NCBI RefSeq assembly: GCF_035084215.1 | Contig: NW_027139559.1 | Location: forward strand, 6,510,001 to 6,574,000 | Reading direction: 5' to 3' | DNA from: Heptranchias perlo | Lineage: Eukaryota | Length of the DNA stretch: 64,000 nt | In this document: one piece after another, positions 48,700 to 62,630 of the stretch | How the letters are laid out: each line of letters starts with the position of its first letter | Numbering within the stretch: the first letter of the stretch is position 1 | The notes under the pieces: generated by a model | Told to the model about the DNA's origin: nothing | Database searches by the model: none | Seen by the model: only the letters and a program-made list of their open reading frames with translations | Program-made: the position numbers and the translations under genes

Positions 48700-50670
48700 A
48701 TTAGAAAAATGGAAAATTGGAGCAGGAGTATTCCATTCGACCTTTTGAGACTTTGCCGCCATGCCATATGATCATGGCTGATCCTCTATCTCTGCACTAT
48801 ATTCCTGCTGTTTCCCCATGCCCTTTGATGCCTTTTGTGTCTGGAAGTCTATCGAGCTCATTCTTAAAGATATTCATTGACTTGGCCTCCACAGCCTTCT
48901 GTCGTGGAGAATTTCACAGTTTCACCACCCTCTGAGTGAAGAAATTTCTTCTTATCTCAGTCCTAATTGTCCTATACCATACCCTGAGACATGCCCCGTC
49001 TCGTTCTAGACCCCCCAGCCAGGGTAAACATCCTCCCTGCATCCATTCTGTCCAGCACTGTCAGAATTTTATATGTTTAAGTGAGATTCCCTCTCATTCT
49101 TCTAACCTCGAGTGAATACAGGCCGAGTCGACCCAATCTCTCCTCATACGACAGTCCTGCCATCCCAGCAATCAGTGTGGTGAACCTTCGCTGCACTCGC
49201 TCTATGCAAGTATATCCTTTCTGAGGTAAGGAGACCAAAACTCCATTCAATACTCCAGCTGTGATCGCACCAAGGCCCTGCAAAACTGCGGTAAAACATC
49301 CTTGCTCCTGTACTCAAAAAATCTTGCAATGAAGGCCAACATACAATTTGTCTTCCTAACTGCTCGCTGCACCTGCATGTTTGCTTTGAGTGACTGGTGT
49401 ACAAGGACACCCAGGTCTCTTTGTACATCAACATTTCCCAATCTATCACCATTTAAATAATACTCTGCCTTTCTGTTTTTCCTTCCGACGTGGATAAGTT
49501 CACATTTATCCACATTATACTGCATCTGCCATGTATTTGCCCACACACTGAACTTGTCTAAATCGCCTTGAAGTCTCCTTGCATCCTCCTCACAACTCAC
49601 CATCCCACCTAGTTTTGTGTCCTCACCAAACTTGGAAATATTACACTTGGTTCCCTCATCCAAATCATTGATACACATTGTGAGTAGCTGGGGCCCAAGC
49701 ACTGATCCCTGCGGTACCCCACTAGGCACAATCTGCCACCCCGAAAAACACGTGTTTACTTCTACTCTCTGTTTCCTGTTTTTAAACAATTTTGAATCCA
49801 TGCCCTTGATTACCCCCAATCCCATGTGCTTTAATTTTGCACACTAATCTCTTATGTGGTACTTTATCAAAGGCCTTCTGAAAATCCACTGCATCTCCCT
49901 TATCGATTCTAACAGTTACATCCTCAAAAAACTCCAGTAGGTTTGTCAAACATGATTTCCCTTTCATAAATCCATGTTGACTTTGTCTAATCCCTTTGAT
50001 ATTTTCTAAGTACCCTCTTATCACATCCTTTATGTCAGAATCTAACATTTTCCCCATTACTGATGTGAGGCTAAGCGGTCTGCAGTTCCCTGTTTTCTCT
50101 CTCCCTCCTTTTTAAAATAGTGGGTTTACATTTGCCACCCTCCAATCTGCAGGAACCGTTCCATAATCTATAGAATTTTGGAAGATAACAACTAATGCAT
50201 CCACTATTTCCATGGCTACCTCTTCTCGTGCTCTGGGATGCAGCTTATCAGGCCCTGGGAAATTGTCGGCTTTCAGTCCCATTCATTTCTCCAGCTCTAT
50301 CTTTTGACGAATACTAATTTCATTTATTTCCTCCTTCTCACTTGTCCCTTGGTTCCCTAGCATTTCTGGAAAGTTCTTTCTGTCTTCTTCCGTGAAGACA
50401 GAACCAAAGTATGTGTTTAATTGCTCTGCAATTTCCTTGTTGCTTATTATAAATTCTCCCGTTTCTGACTGTAAGGGACCTACATTTGTCTTCACTAGTC
50501 TTTCTCTTTTTACATACTTGTAGAAGCTTTAACAGTCCACTTTTATGTTCCTTGCAAGTTTGCTATCATACTCTATGTTTCCCTTCTTAATCAATCTCTT
50601 GGTCCTTTTTGCTGAATTCTAAACTGTTCTCAATCCTCAGACTTGCTACTTTTTCTGGCAACTTTATATA
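48700..50670 (-). mobile_element. CR1 LINE ORF2 and 3' UTR fragment
   Basis: SGVPQGSVLGPQL, KFGEDTKLGG and QHGFMKGKSCLTNLLEFF. Confidence 0.92.
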
Positions 50671-51129
50671 TTTCTGCCCCTTTCATTCCTTCTCTCTGGT
50701 CCGAAGACCAGTAAACTTGTGCTCCCCTCAAACTCACAGGGGATGGGATCATACCTGCCAGAGAGCAGACACCGAAAACTTACCCACAACCTTCCCCCGC
50801 TGGTATATTTGGGGGGCCTCACTTCTAGTCTATTGGTTCAGTTTCTTTTACTTACTGTTCCGCTCAAACTCCACGCCCTCTCATGATGTTTTATTTTACT
50901 TCACTTGCATCTATTTCATTTAAACAATGCACGATCAGTTTTTTTTTACACATTGAAATGACAAGACCTTGCTTTCATATACAACAAAAATATTCCCCAT
51001 TTTGGGCAGGGTCCAGGGTTAGGACGCTAAACACAGCGACTCTGGGCTGGGAAGGAAGAATCGTCTCAGGTTCCAGCTCATGATCCCTGTGCAGTAAATC
51101 TGCCGCAAAGTGCAGGTGTATGGGGTGAG

Positions 51130-53660
51130 AACACTAGGATATGTCCACACTCATATAATTACTGTCCGAGATGAGGAGAACACAGATAACACCACACGCT
51201 CAGAATTACTGACTGAGACCAGGACAACACGGGATATCCCCACATCCTCCCTGCCTGGCCTCACGAGAACACTGGAACTTTCCCAAATTCACATGCTTAT
51301 TCTCTGTGCCCAGCAGAACGCTGGGATATCTCCACACTCACATCCTTACTGTCTGTGCTCAGCCGAACACTGGGGTATCCCCACACTCACACAATTGCTG
51401 GCTGTGCACAGGAGAACACTGGGATATCCACAAGTTCCACAAGCCCACTGCTTGTTCCAGGCGAGCAGTGTGATATCCCAACACTCACATACTCACTGTC
51501 TGGGCTCAGGAGAACACTGGGATATCCCCACGCTCACATACTTACTATCTGGGCTCAGAAGAGTACTGGGATATCTTCACACTCGCATCCTTACTGACTG
51601 GGACCAGGCTGGACAGGTGGAAGGAGTATCAGTGGGAGAGCATTTTGGTGGTAGTGATCAAAATTCAGTTAGTTTTAGTATAGTCATGGAAAAGGATAAA
51701 TATAGAACGGTAGTAAAAGTTCTCAATTGGGGAAAGGCCAGTTTTACTAAGCTAAGAAGTGATTCAGCAAACGTGGACTGGAAACAGCTATTCGAAGTAA
51801 ATCAATGTCAGAGAAGTGGGAGGCATTCGAGGGGCCGAATCAAAGGGTTCAAAGTAAACATGTTTGCACAAAGAAAAAGGGTGGGGCTGCCACATCCAAA
51901 GCCCACTGGATGTCAAGGAGCAGGCAAGGTAAGATAGGGCAGAAAAAGAAAACTTATGTCAGACACCGAGAACTCAATACTACAGAAAGCCTTGAGGAGT
52001 ATAAAAAGTGCAGGGGTGAAATTAAAAAAAGAAATTTGGAAGGTAAAGAGAGGGCAAGTAAAATCAAGCTATTTTTGTGACTGGACGGCTGTTTCCGGTG
52101 GGGTTCCGCCGGGCTGAGTATTAGGTCCCTTGCTTTTTGTGGTATATATTAACGCTTTGGACTTAATGTAAGGGACATGATTCAGAAGTTTGCGGATAAA
52201 GCAAAAATTGGCCGTGTGGTTGATAGTGAGGAGAAAAGCTGTCGACTGTAGGAAGATATCAGTTGTTTGTTCAGGTGGGCAGAAAAGTGGAAAATGGAAT
52301 TCAATCTGGAGAAGTGTGAGGTAATGCATTTGGGGAGATCAAACAAGGCAAGGGAGCACACAATAAATGGAAGAATACTGAGAGGCCTAGAGGAACAAAG
52401 GGACCTTGGTGTGCATGTCCACGAATCCCTGAAGGTAGCAGGACAGATTATTAAAGTGGTTAAGAAGACATATTGGACACTTTCCTTTATTAGCCGAGGC
52501 ACAGAATAAAAGAGCAGGGAGGTTTTGCTGGAACTGTATAAATCATTGCTTAGGCCACAGCTTTAGTACTGTGTAGGGTTCTGGTCATCACATTACATGA
52601 AGGATGTAATTGCACGAGAGGATTTACGAGGTGGTTGCAAGAACTTGGAGAGTTTTAGCCATTAGGAAAGATTGGATTGGGTGGGGTTGTTTTCTTTTGA
52701 ACAGAGGAGGCTTAGGTGAATACATTTATAGGGAGCCGAGATAAAATGGAAAGGAAGGACCTATTTCCCTTTGCAGAGAGGTCAATAACCAGGGGGCATA
52801 AATTTAAACTAATTGGATTGGACGGGAGCTGAGGATTTTATTTTTTCACCCAGAGGGTGGTGGGGGAACTGGAACTCACTGCCTGAAAGACTGGTAGAGG
52901 CGTAAAATCTCAACTCATTTCATAAGAACCTGGATATGCAATTGAATTGCCGGAACCTACAGGGCTACGGACCAAGTGCTGAAAAGTGGGATTAGGCCTG
53001 GAAGCTCTTTTTCAACCGGCATAGACACGGTGGCACAAATGGCCTCCTTCTGTGCCGTAACTTTTTCTTTGTTTCTATGTTTCAAACACTGCATTACCCT
53101 CACACTAACATACTCACTGTCTGGACTGAGGAAAACACTGGGATACGCCTACACTCACATACTTACTGTCTGGGCTCAATGAACACTGGGATATCCCCAC
53201 ACTCACATACTTACTGTCTGGTCTCAGGAAACACTGGGATATGCCCACACTCACATACTTACTGTCTGGTCTCAGGGAACACTGGGATATCCCACACTCA
53301 CATAGTTACTGTCTGGGCTCAGGAAACACCGGGATATCCCCACACTCACATACTTACTGTCTGGGCTCAGGGAACACTGTGATATCCCCACACTCACTTA
53401 CTTACTGTCTGGGCCCAAGACAACACTGGGATATCCCCACACTCACATACATACTGTCTGGGCTCAGGGAACGCTGAGATATCCCCACACTCTCATACTT
53501 ACTGTCTGGGCTCAGGGAACACTGGATATCCCCACACTCACATATTTACTGTCTGGGCCCAGGACAACACTGTGATATCCCCACACTCACGTACTAACTG
53601 CCTGGGCTGAGAACACTGCAGTATTCCAAAACTCATATACTTACTGTGTGGGCTCAGTCA
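51130..53660. repeat. ~48-bp minisatellite (ACTGGGATATCCCCACACTCACATACTTACTGTCTGGGCTCAGGGAAC) interrupted by a CR1
   Basis: Arrays at 51130-51600 and 53090-53660. Confidence 0.9.
51600..53080 (+). mobile_element. Internally deleted CR1 LINE inserted in the 48-bp array
   Basis: VGEHFGGSDQNSVSF (endonuclease end), then a jump to the RT C-terminal part WAEKWKMEFNLEKCEVMHLG and the 3' UTR. Confidence 0.88.
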
Positions 53661-53723
53661 CGGAGAATGGCCCGTTGAGTTTGAGCAGTAATTTCCAATC
53701 CCTTTTCCTTCTTATTCTTACAG

Positions 53724-54634
53724 TGAATTTAATTGCGATTGTGATCCTATCCCGGGGAAAGTGCGGTCTCTCCACCTGCACCATTCGCTACCTGGTGGCG
53801 ATGGCAGCGGCGGATCTACTGGTCATTATCACTGAGGTAGTATTAACTCGGATCAATTATTATTATTTCCCAATATCTTTCCTGGAGATCACCCCTGTGT
53901 GTAGTGTTATCGCTGTTCTGACTCGTGCAGCCACAGACTGTTCTGTCTGGTTCACCGTCACTTTTTCCTTTGATCGATTTGTCGCCATCTGTTGCCAGAA
54001 GCTGAAAACTAAATATTGCACCGGGAAAACTGCGGCTGTGGTTTTAGCGACAACCTGCATTCTGCTCTGTTTGAAAGACGTTCCCTTCTACTTGACGTTT
54101 GAACCTGTTTCGATAATCGACAACTTACCATGGTTCTGCAATTTAAAAACAAGCTATTTTACCGAGCCCGGATGGGTGAGCTTTAACTGGATTGATACGA
54201 TTTTAAACCCATTGCTCCCATTCACCTTAATTTTGTTGCTCAACGCTCTGACAGTCAGACACATTTTAGTGTCCAGTCGGGTTCGTAAGGGACTGAGGGG
54301 TCAGAACAAGGGAGACAATCGCAATGACACAGAGATGGAGAGTAGGAGGAAGTCTGTGATTTTACTCTTCGCCATATCCGGCAGCTTCATACTTCTGTGG
54401 CTGACAACTGTTGCAGATTTCTTATATTATAACATTGCAGGAACAAGTCCCCGAGATTATAATGATTCTTTATTTACCCTTCAACAAGTCGGATATATGC
54501 TTCAGAATTTATCATCCTGCACAAACACATTTATTTATGCGGTGACTCAGTCCAAATTCAGAGAGCAGTTCAAAAGCGCGGTGAAATATCCTGTGACCTT
54601 AATTACCAAATTAATTAATTATAATAATAACTGA
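53724..54634 (+). CDS. Exon 2 of orphan class A GPCR B (GPR139/GPR142-like); 325 aa when spliced
   Basis: Acceptor CTTATTCTTACAG ends at 53723. Motifs YLVAMAAADL, SVWFTVTFSFDRFVAIC and NTFIY; frame open to the stop. Confidence 0.94.
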
Positions 54635-54744
54635 GCCCAGCCCAGGAGTGATACTGCCTGTTTCCAGTCAATTAATCTCATATTTATCCGTGGTCTTCCC
54701 TCCCCTGAATTGCAGCAAGAATCGCTCGTGACCTGGGATGGGCC

Positions 54745-55015
54745 AACCATTGTGTTTCGGCGCATCACTCTTTTGATCGACAGGTCCGCCATTCTGTTAT
54801 TTGCTAACGTCACTCTTTTGATTGACAGTTGCGCCATTCTGTTTTGGGGCGACTTCACTCTTTTGATTGGCAGGTCTGCCATTGTCTTTAGGGAGACCTC
54901 ACTCCTTTGATTGACGGGTGCTCCATTGTGTTCGGAAGACCTCACTCTTATGATTGACAGGTCCGCCATTGTGTTTAGGGAGACGTCACTCTTTTGATTG
55001 ACAGGTGCACCATTT
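54745..55015. repeat. ~42-44-bp minisatellite downstream of GPCR B
   Basis: About 6 copies of CCATTGTGTTTAGGGAGACGTCACTCTTTTGATTGACAGGTCCG. Confidence 0.88.
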
Positions 55016-55329
55016 GAGTTCTTCTGCAAAGAGTCCGTTCCGCCATTTCGTGGAGCAATTCAAATCGGAGCTTCCAGAGTGAGGCCTTCTTCAACAGGCA
55101 GACAGACAGGGCTGGGCTTTAGTCTAGAGGATGTGGGATGTAGTTCAGAGAAATGTTTCTGCAATATTTGAAACAAAACAACAGTTAAAAAATAACAATA
55201 ATGAAAAAAAACTGAGGGAATTTTAACCCAAAATATGAAGATTTATTGCGCAGTAAAACTCCTTATCTTTCAACTGATTATTTATAATTCTGGTTTTATT
55301 AAAGATTCCTGAAGTTATTATTTCTTTTA

Positions 55330-56210
55330 ACTAAAAGGGCCGCTTACTTCTCAGCTTTTTCTCTCGTCTCTCTTGATCTTTTTGTATTTCTGATCAGTCT
55401 GTTTCTCTCCATCTGCCTCGTGTTCTCTTGTTTTTTTCCCTTCCGAACACCCTTCCCTGTTCCTCACTAAGTTTCTTTTCATATTTCCTCTGTGTTTACA
55501 CCTCCCTTACTGTTTGGTGATTTTTGTTATCATTCTCTCACTCTCGGTCTTAGTCTGTCTTCTTACATCAACGCCCCTTTCTCTCCGTTTCTCGCTCATT
55601 CTGTTTTACTTTTCACTCCATATATTTCCCTCATTCTCTTGTATCTCTTGCCTTTTCCTGAGTGTTTCTCAGTGTATTTATGTTACGGCCTATCTATCAC
55701 ACTCCCTCTGTGTTTTTGTCACCTCTCCCATCTATCGCTTCTTCTCGTTCATTCTTCTTTCCCCGTGTTGCCTTTCTTCACACCTGTTTTCCGCCAGTTC
55801 CATCCTCTTCATATTCTGCTAAGGAGAAAATCAGAAACAAAGTGAGTGCAAAAAGGGAAACAATAATGAGACGAGGGAAGCGAAAATAACACAAAAAGCG
55901 AGAGTAATCGAACAGTGTGTCAGAGATAGATGGAGCGGAGACAGAAAGTGAAACAGGTGAGAAATGGAAAATGGAGAAATTTTGGAAGCAAAAAGAAGAA
56001 AAGGAGGTAAAGGCAGAAGGAAGAAAGTGATTCGAAGTAATGAAGGAATGAAAGAGAAAGAAGTGATAGGAATGGGGAAAGGAGCTCAAGGGAAAGAGAC
56101 AAACATAAAATAATGAGAAATTATGAGGAACGAGAGGAAAATATAACGAAGTTTGAGACAGAAAAGAGAAAGTCAGAAAAATGATGAAGAGCGGAAATTA
56201 AAAGGAGTCA
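55330..56210. repeat. Low-complexity pyrimidine-rich block followed by a purine-rich block
   Basis: Composition switches abruptly near 55820. Confidence 0.75.
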
Positions 56211-56291
56211 ATGAGCTTCCCCAATCCCTGGATTAAATTCAGGGCCTGGTCCAGTGATCCTTAAATCTTCTGCCTGTTGCTGCTGATTCGA

Positions 56292-59200
56292 AACAGGACT
56301 CGGTACAGTGAACAGACATTTAATACAGGACTCGGGACAGGGTACAGACAATTAATACAGGACTCGGGACAGTGAACTGACATTTAATACAGGACTCGGG
56401 ACAGGGAACAGACACTTAATACAGGACACGGGACAGGGAACAGACATTTAATACAGGACTCGGGACATGGAACAGACAATTAATACAGGACTCGGGACAG
56501 GGAACAGACATTTAATACAGGACTCGGTACAGGGAACAGACAATTAATACAGGACTCGGGACAGGGAACAGACATTTAATACAGGACTCGGGACAGGGAA
56601 CAGACATTTAATACAGGACTCGGGACAGTGAACAGACATTTAATACAGGACTCGGGACATGGAACAGACATTTAATACAGGACTCGGGACAGGGAACAGA
56701 CATTTAATACAGGACTCGGGACAGGGAACAGACATTTAATACAGGACTCGGGACATGGAACAGACATTTAATACAGGACTCGGGACAGGGAACAGACATT
56801 TAATACAGGACTCGGGACAGGGAACAGACATTTAATACAGGACTCGGGACAGGGAACAGACATTTAATACAGGACACGGGACAGGGAACAGACATTTAAT
56901 ACAGGACTCGGGACAGGGAACAGACATTTAATACAGGACTCGGGACAGTGAACAGACATTTAATACAGGACTCGGTACAGGGAACCGACATTTAATACAG
57001 GACTCGGGACAGGGAACAGACATTTAATACAGGAATCGGGGCAGGGAACAGACATTTAATACAGGACTCGGGACAGGGAACAGACATTTAATACAGGACT
57101 CGGGACAGGGAACAGACATTTAATACAGGACTCGGGACAGGGAACAGACATTTAATACAGGACTCGGGACATGGAACAGACACTTAATACAGGACTCGGT
57201 ACAGGGAACAGACATTTAATACATGAATCGGGACAGGGAACAGACATTTAATACAGGACTCGGGACAGGGAACAGACACTTAATACAGGACTCGGGACAG
57301 GGAACAGACATTTAATACAGGTCTCGGGACAGGGAACAGACATTTAATACAGGACTCGGGACAGTGAACAGACATTTAATACAGGACTCGGGACAGGGAA
57401 CAGACATTTAATACAGGACTCGGGACAGGGAACAGACATTTAATACAGGACTCGGGACAGGGAACAGACATTTAATACAGGACTCGGGACAGGGAACAGA
57501 CATTTAATACAGGACTCGGGACAGGGAACAGACATTTAATACACGACTCGGGACAGGGAACAGACACTTAATACAGGACTCGGGACAATGAACAGACATT
57601 TAATACAGGACTCGGGACAGGGAACAGACATTTAATACAGGACTCGGGACAGGGAACAAACATTTAATACAGGACTCGGGACAGGGAACAGACATTTAAT
57701 ACAGGACTCGGGACAGGGAACAGACATTTAATACAGGACTCGGGACAGTGAACAGACATTTAATACAGGACTCGGAACAGTGAACAGACATTTAATACAA
57801 GACTCGGGACAGTGAACAGACATTTAATACAAGACTCGGGACGGTGAACAGACATTTAATACAGGACTCGGGACAGGGAACAGACATTTAATACAGGACT
57901 CGGGACAGGGAACAGACATTTAATACACGACTCGGGACAGGGAACAGACATTTAATACAGGACTCGGGACAGGGAACAGACATTTAATACAGGACTCGGG
58001 ACAGGGAACAGACATTTAATACAGGACTCGGGACAGGGAACAGACATGTAATACAGGACTCGGGGCAGGGAACAGACATTTAATACAGGACTCGGTACAG
58101 GGAACAGACATTTAATACAGGACTCGGGACAGGGAACTGACATTTAATACAGGACTCGGGACATGGAACAGGCATTTAATACAGGACTCGGTACAGGGAA
58201 CAGACATTTAATACAGGACTCGGGACAATGAACAGACATTTAATACATAACTCGGGACAGGGAACAGACATTTAATACAGGACTCGGTACAGGGAACAGA
58301 CATTTAATACAGGACTCGGGACAATGAACAGACATTTAATACATAACTCGGTACAGGGAAGAGACATTTAATACAGGACTCGGGGCAGGGAACAGACATT
58401 TAATACAGGACTCGGTACAGGGAACAGACATTTAATACAGGACTCGGGACAGGGAACTGACATTTAATACAGGACTCGGGACATGGAACAGGCATTTAAT
58501 ACAGGACTCGGTACAGGGAACAGACATTTAATACAGGACTCGGGACAATGAACAGACATTTAATACATAACTCGGGACAGTGAACAGACATTTAATACAG
58601 GACTCGGGACAGGGAACAGACATTTAATACAGGACTCGGGACATGGAACAGACTTTTAATACAGGACTCGGGACAGGGAACAGACATTTAATACAGGACT
58701 CGGGACAGGGAACAGACATTTAATACAGGACTCGCTACAGGGGACAGATATTTAATACAGGACTCGGAACAGGGAACAGACATTTAATACAGGACTCGGG
58801 ACAGGGAACAGACATTTAATACAGGACTCGCTACAGGGGACAGACATTTAATACAGGACTCGGGACAGGGAACAGACACTTAATACAGGACTCGGGACAA
58901 TGAACAGACATTTAATACAGGACTCGGTACAGTGAACAGATATTTAATACAGGACTCGGGACAGGGAAAAGACATTTAATACAGGACTCGGGACAGGGAA
59001 CAGACATTTAATACAGGACTCGGTACAGGGAACAGACATTTAATACAGGACTCGGTACAGTGAACAGACATTTAATACAGGACTCGGTACAGTGAACAGA
59101 CATTTAATACAGGACTAGGGACAGGGAACTGACATTTAATACAGGACTCGGTACAGGGAACAGACATTTAATACAGGACTCGGGACAATGAACAGACACT

Positions 59201-60675
59201 TAATACAGGACTCGGTACAGTGAACAGACATTTAATACAGGACTCGGGACAGCGAAAAGACATTTAATACAGGACTCGGGACAGGGAACAGACATTTAAT
59301 ACAGGACTCGGGACAGGGAACAGACATTTAATACAGGACTCGGTACAGTGAACATACATTTAATACACGACTCGGGACAGTGAACAGACATTTAATACAG
59401 GACTCGGTACAGGGAACAGACATTTAATACAGGACTCGGTACTGTGAACAGACATTTAATACAGGACTCGGTACAGTGAACAGACATTTAATACAGGACT
59501 CGGGACAGGGAACAGACATTTAATACAGGACTCGGGACAGGGAACAGACATTTAATACAGGACTCGGTACAGTGAACAGACATTTAATACAGAACTCGGG
59601 ACAGGGAACAGACATTTAATACAGAACTCGGGACAGGGAACAGACATTTAATACAGGACTCGGGACAGGGAACAGACATTTAATACAGGACTCGGGACAG
59701 GGAACAGACATTTAATACAGGACTCGGGACAGTGAACTGACATTTAATACACGACTCGGGACAGGGAACAGACATTTAATACAGGACTCGGGACAGGGAA
59801 CAGACATTTAATACAGGACTCGGGACAGTGAACTGACATTTAATACACGACTCGGGACAGGGAACAGACACTTAATACATAAATCGGGACAGGGAACAGA
59901 CTTTTAATACAGGACTCGGGACAGGGAACAGACATTTAATACAGGACTCGGGACAGTGAACAGACATTTAATACACGACTCGGGACAGGGAACAGACACT
60001 TAATACATAAATCGGGACAGGGAACAGACTTTTAATACAGGACTCGGGACAGGGAACAGACATTTAATACAGGACTCGGGACAGTGAACAGACATTTAAT
60101 ACAGGACTCGGGACAGGGAACAGACACTTCATACATAAATCGGGACAGGGAACAGACTTTTAATACAGGACTCGGGACAGTGAACAGACATTTAATATAC
60201 GACTCGGGACAGGGAACAGACATTTAATACAGGACTCGGGACAGGGAACAGACATTTAATACACGACTCGGGACAGTGAACAGACATTTAATACACGACT
60301 CGGGACAGTGAACTGACATTTAATACAGGACTCGGTACAGGGAACAGACACTTAATACAGGACTAGGGACAGGGAACTGACATTTAATACAGGACTCGGT
60401 ACAGTGAACTGCCATTTAATACAGGACTCGGGACAGGGAACAGACACTTAATACAGGACTCGGGACATGGAACAGACATTTAATACAGGACTCGGTACAG
60501 TGAACAGACATTTAAAACTTGACTCGGGACAGGGAACAGACATTTAATACATAACTCAGTACAGTGAACAGACTTTTAATACATGACTCAGTACAGTGTA
60601 CAGACATTTAATACACGACTCGGTACAGTGAACAGACATTTAATACACGACTCGGTACAGTGAACAGACATTTAA
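56292..60675. repeat. Homogeneous 32-bp satellite (ACAGGACTCGGGACAGGGAACAGACATTTAAT), about 135 copies
   Basis: 4.4-kb uninterrupted array with few variant positions. Confidence 0.98.
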
Positions 60676-60694
60676 CACCGGAATCGATGCAGGG

Positions 60695-61050
60695 AACAGG
60701 CAGAGAAAGCAGGATCAGAGAGGTAAACGCGTGGCTAGAGAAACGGTGCAGGAGGGAAGGCTTCAGATTCCAAGAGCATTGGGACCAGTTCTCGGGCAGA
60801 AGGAATCTGCTCAACATATATGGGTTGCACCTCAACAGAGCTGGGATCAATGTCCTCGTGGGGTGGTTAACGAGAGCCGTGGGGAATTTGACAAGTGAAT
60901 GGGCACCAGGATGAAACAATGGAGACGAGAAACAAGGTTTACAGAGGACTAGGAGAGACAAACAGCACTCGAGTAAAGGGTAGTTCAGAAATAGGATGGA
61001 TCAAGCAGATGGCAAATGTGAGGCAGTGCAAGAATGGACAGGTAAGGGTA
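60695..61050 (+). mobile_element. CR1 ORF1 esterase-like fragment
   Basis: RIREVNAWLEKRCRREGFRFQEHWDQF...GLHLNRAG, paralogous to 25978-26196. Confidence 0.8.
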
Positions 61051-61679
61051 TGTTTGAGCAAGAGCCCATGAAAATACGATGCGTACATCATTTTTACTAA
61101 GCTGCTGGCAATGAAAATGTAAAAACTAAAATTCTGTGCTGTAGATTTAGGCAATGTTTGTAAAGGAATTTAGTGATAATGCTTCGTAGAGATCAACTAT
61201 TCATCGTCGACCAATCGTACTTTAGTCACCGCGGTAAAGAATTTAGCCTGTTGAGCTAAGGCCCTCAAATCTCCCACTCATCGATCTGACAATAACCAAT
61301 CAACCTCATCTTTCATGGACTTGTTATGTTCGAAAAACGACGTCACCTTTCGAGGCTCCGGGTGCAAGGGTCGGGCTGGTACCGAATATAAGACCAGTGT
61401 AAGTACAGGTGATTGTAAGGGGTCAGTAGGAGAGGAAGAAGATTCAAAGAAGAAGGAAACACCCGAGCAGGTCGAGCATCTCTACTCAGAAGCGAATGGA
61501 GTCATTTTTTTCCGTTCTTATAATTATGGCGTGAGCGTTGTAATTATTTTATTTTGTGCTTGGTTTGATCACCTCAATAAAGAACTCTTCACCATCCACA
61601 AGGTGTCAGGGTCGGATTTATTACAGCAGTCTAAGATGGGTTTAGAGTGCATGTGCATAAATGCAAATAACGCAGGATA

Positions 61680-62630
61680 TGGTTACGGTAGAACAGTGAT
61701 TATGTTACTGGACTAGTAATCGAGAGGCCTAGGGTAATGATCTGGCGACATGAATTCAACTCCTGCCATGGTAGCTGGGGAATTTAAATTCAGCTAATTA
61801 AATAAAATCTGGAATAAAAAGCAAGTATCAGTAATGGTGACCATGAAACTACCGCACTGTCACAAAAATTCATCAGGTTCACTAATGTCCTTTATGAAAA
61901 GAAACCTGCCTCGTCACCTGGTCTGGCCTATAAGTGACTTCAGACGCACAGCAATGTGGTTGAATCTTAATCGCCACCTGAAATGGCTTAGAAAGCTACT
62001 AAGTTGTACAAAACCGCTTAAAAAAGTCATAATAAGTTTAAAACCGGATGGATCACCCGGCATCGGACCACTGGGCACCAGACACGGCAAAGTCAAAAAA
62101 CCAAGCCCAGTCAACACGGCAAAATCTTCCTCACTAACATCTGGGTGGTTGTGCCAAAAATTGGGAGAGATTTTCCACTGACTCTTCCAGCAACAACCTA
62201 ACAAAGCCATACTCACAGAATAATACCTATCATCCAACGTCCCGGACTATTCCATCACCGTCCCTGGGTATGTCATGTCCAACTGGCCAAATAGATCCAC
62301 CGGAGGTGGGGGCACAATGGAATACATTCAGGAGGGAGTGGCCCTGGGAGTTCTCAACAATGACTGTGGACCCCAGGAAGTATCATGGCGTCAGGTCAAA
62401 AAAAGGCAAGGAAACCTCCTGCTGATTGCCACCGACCGCTGTCCCTTGGCTGATGAATCAGTACTCCTCCATGTTGAGCACCACTTGGAGCAAGTATTGA
62501 GGGTAGCAAGGGCACATAATGTACTCTGGGTGGGGGACTTCAATATCAATCACCAAGATTGGCTCGGTAGCACAATTACTGACCGAGTCTTGAGGACATA
62601 GCTGCCAGACTGAGCCTGCGGCAAGTGGTG
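61680..62630 (+). mobile_element. LINE 5' fragment: tRNA-like head, UTR and APE endonuclease remnant
   Basis: The head matches 14031-14335(-). It is followed by QQQPNKAILTE, VPGY, GGGT..Y and LWVGDFN endonuclease segments. Confidence 0.75.

Noticed and set aside
56292-60675. CRISPR-like array (32-bp repeats)
   Set aside because: The units are head-to-tail with no unique spacers, no cas genes are present, and the context is eukaryotic.
61160-61240. Possible reverse tRNA-Ser remnant
   Set aside because: Similarity is too weak to support by eye.
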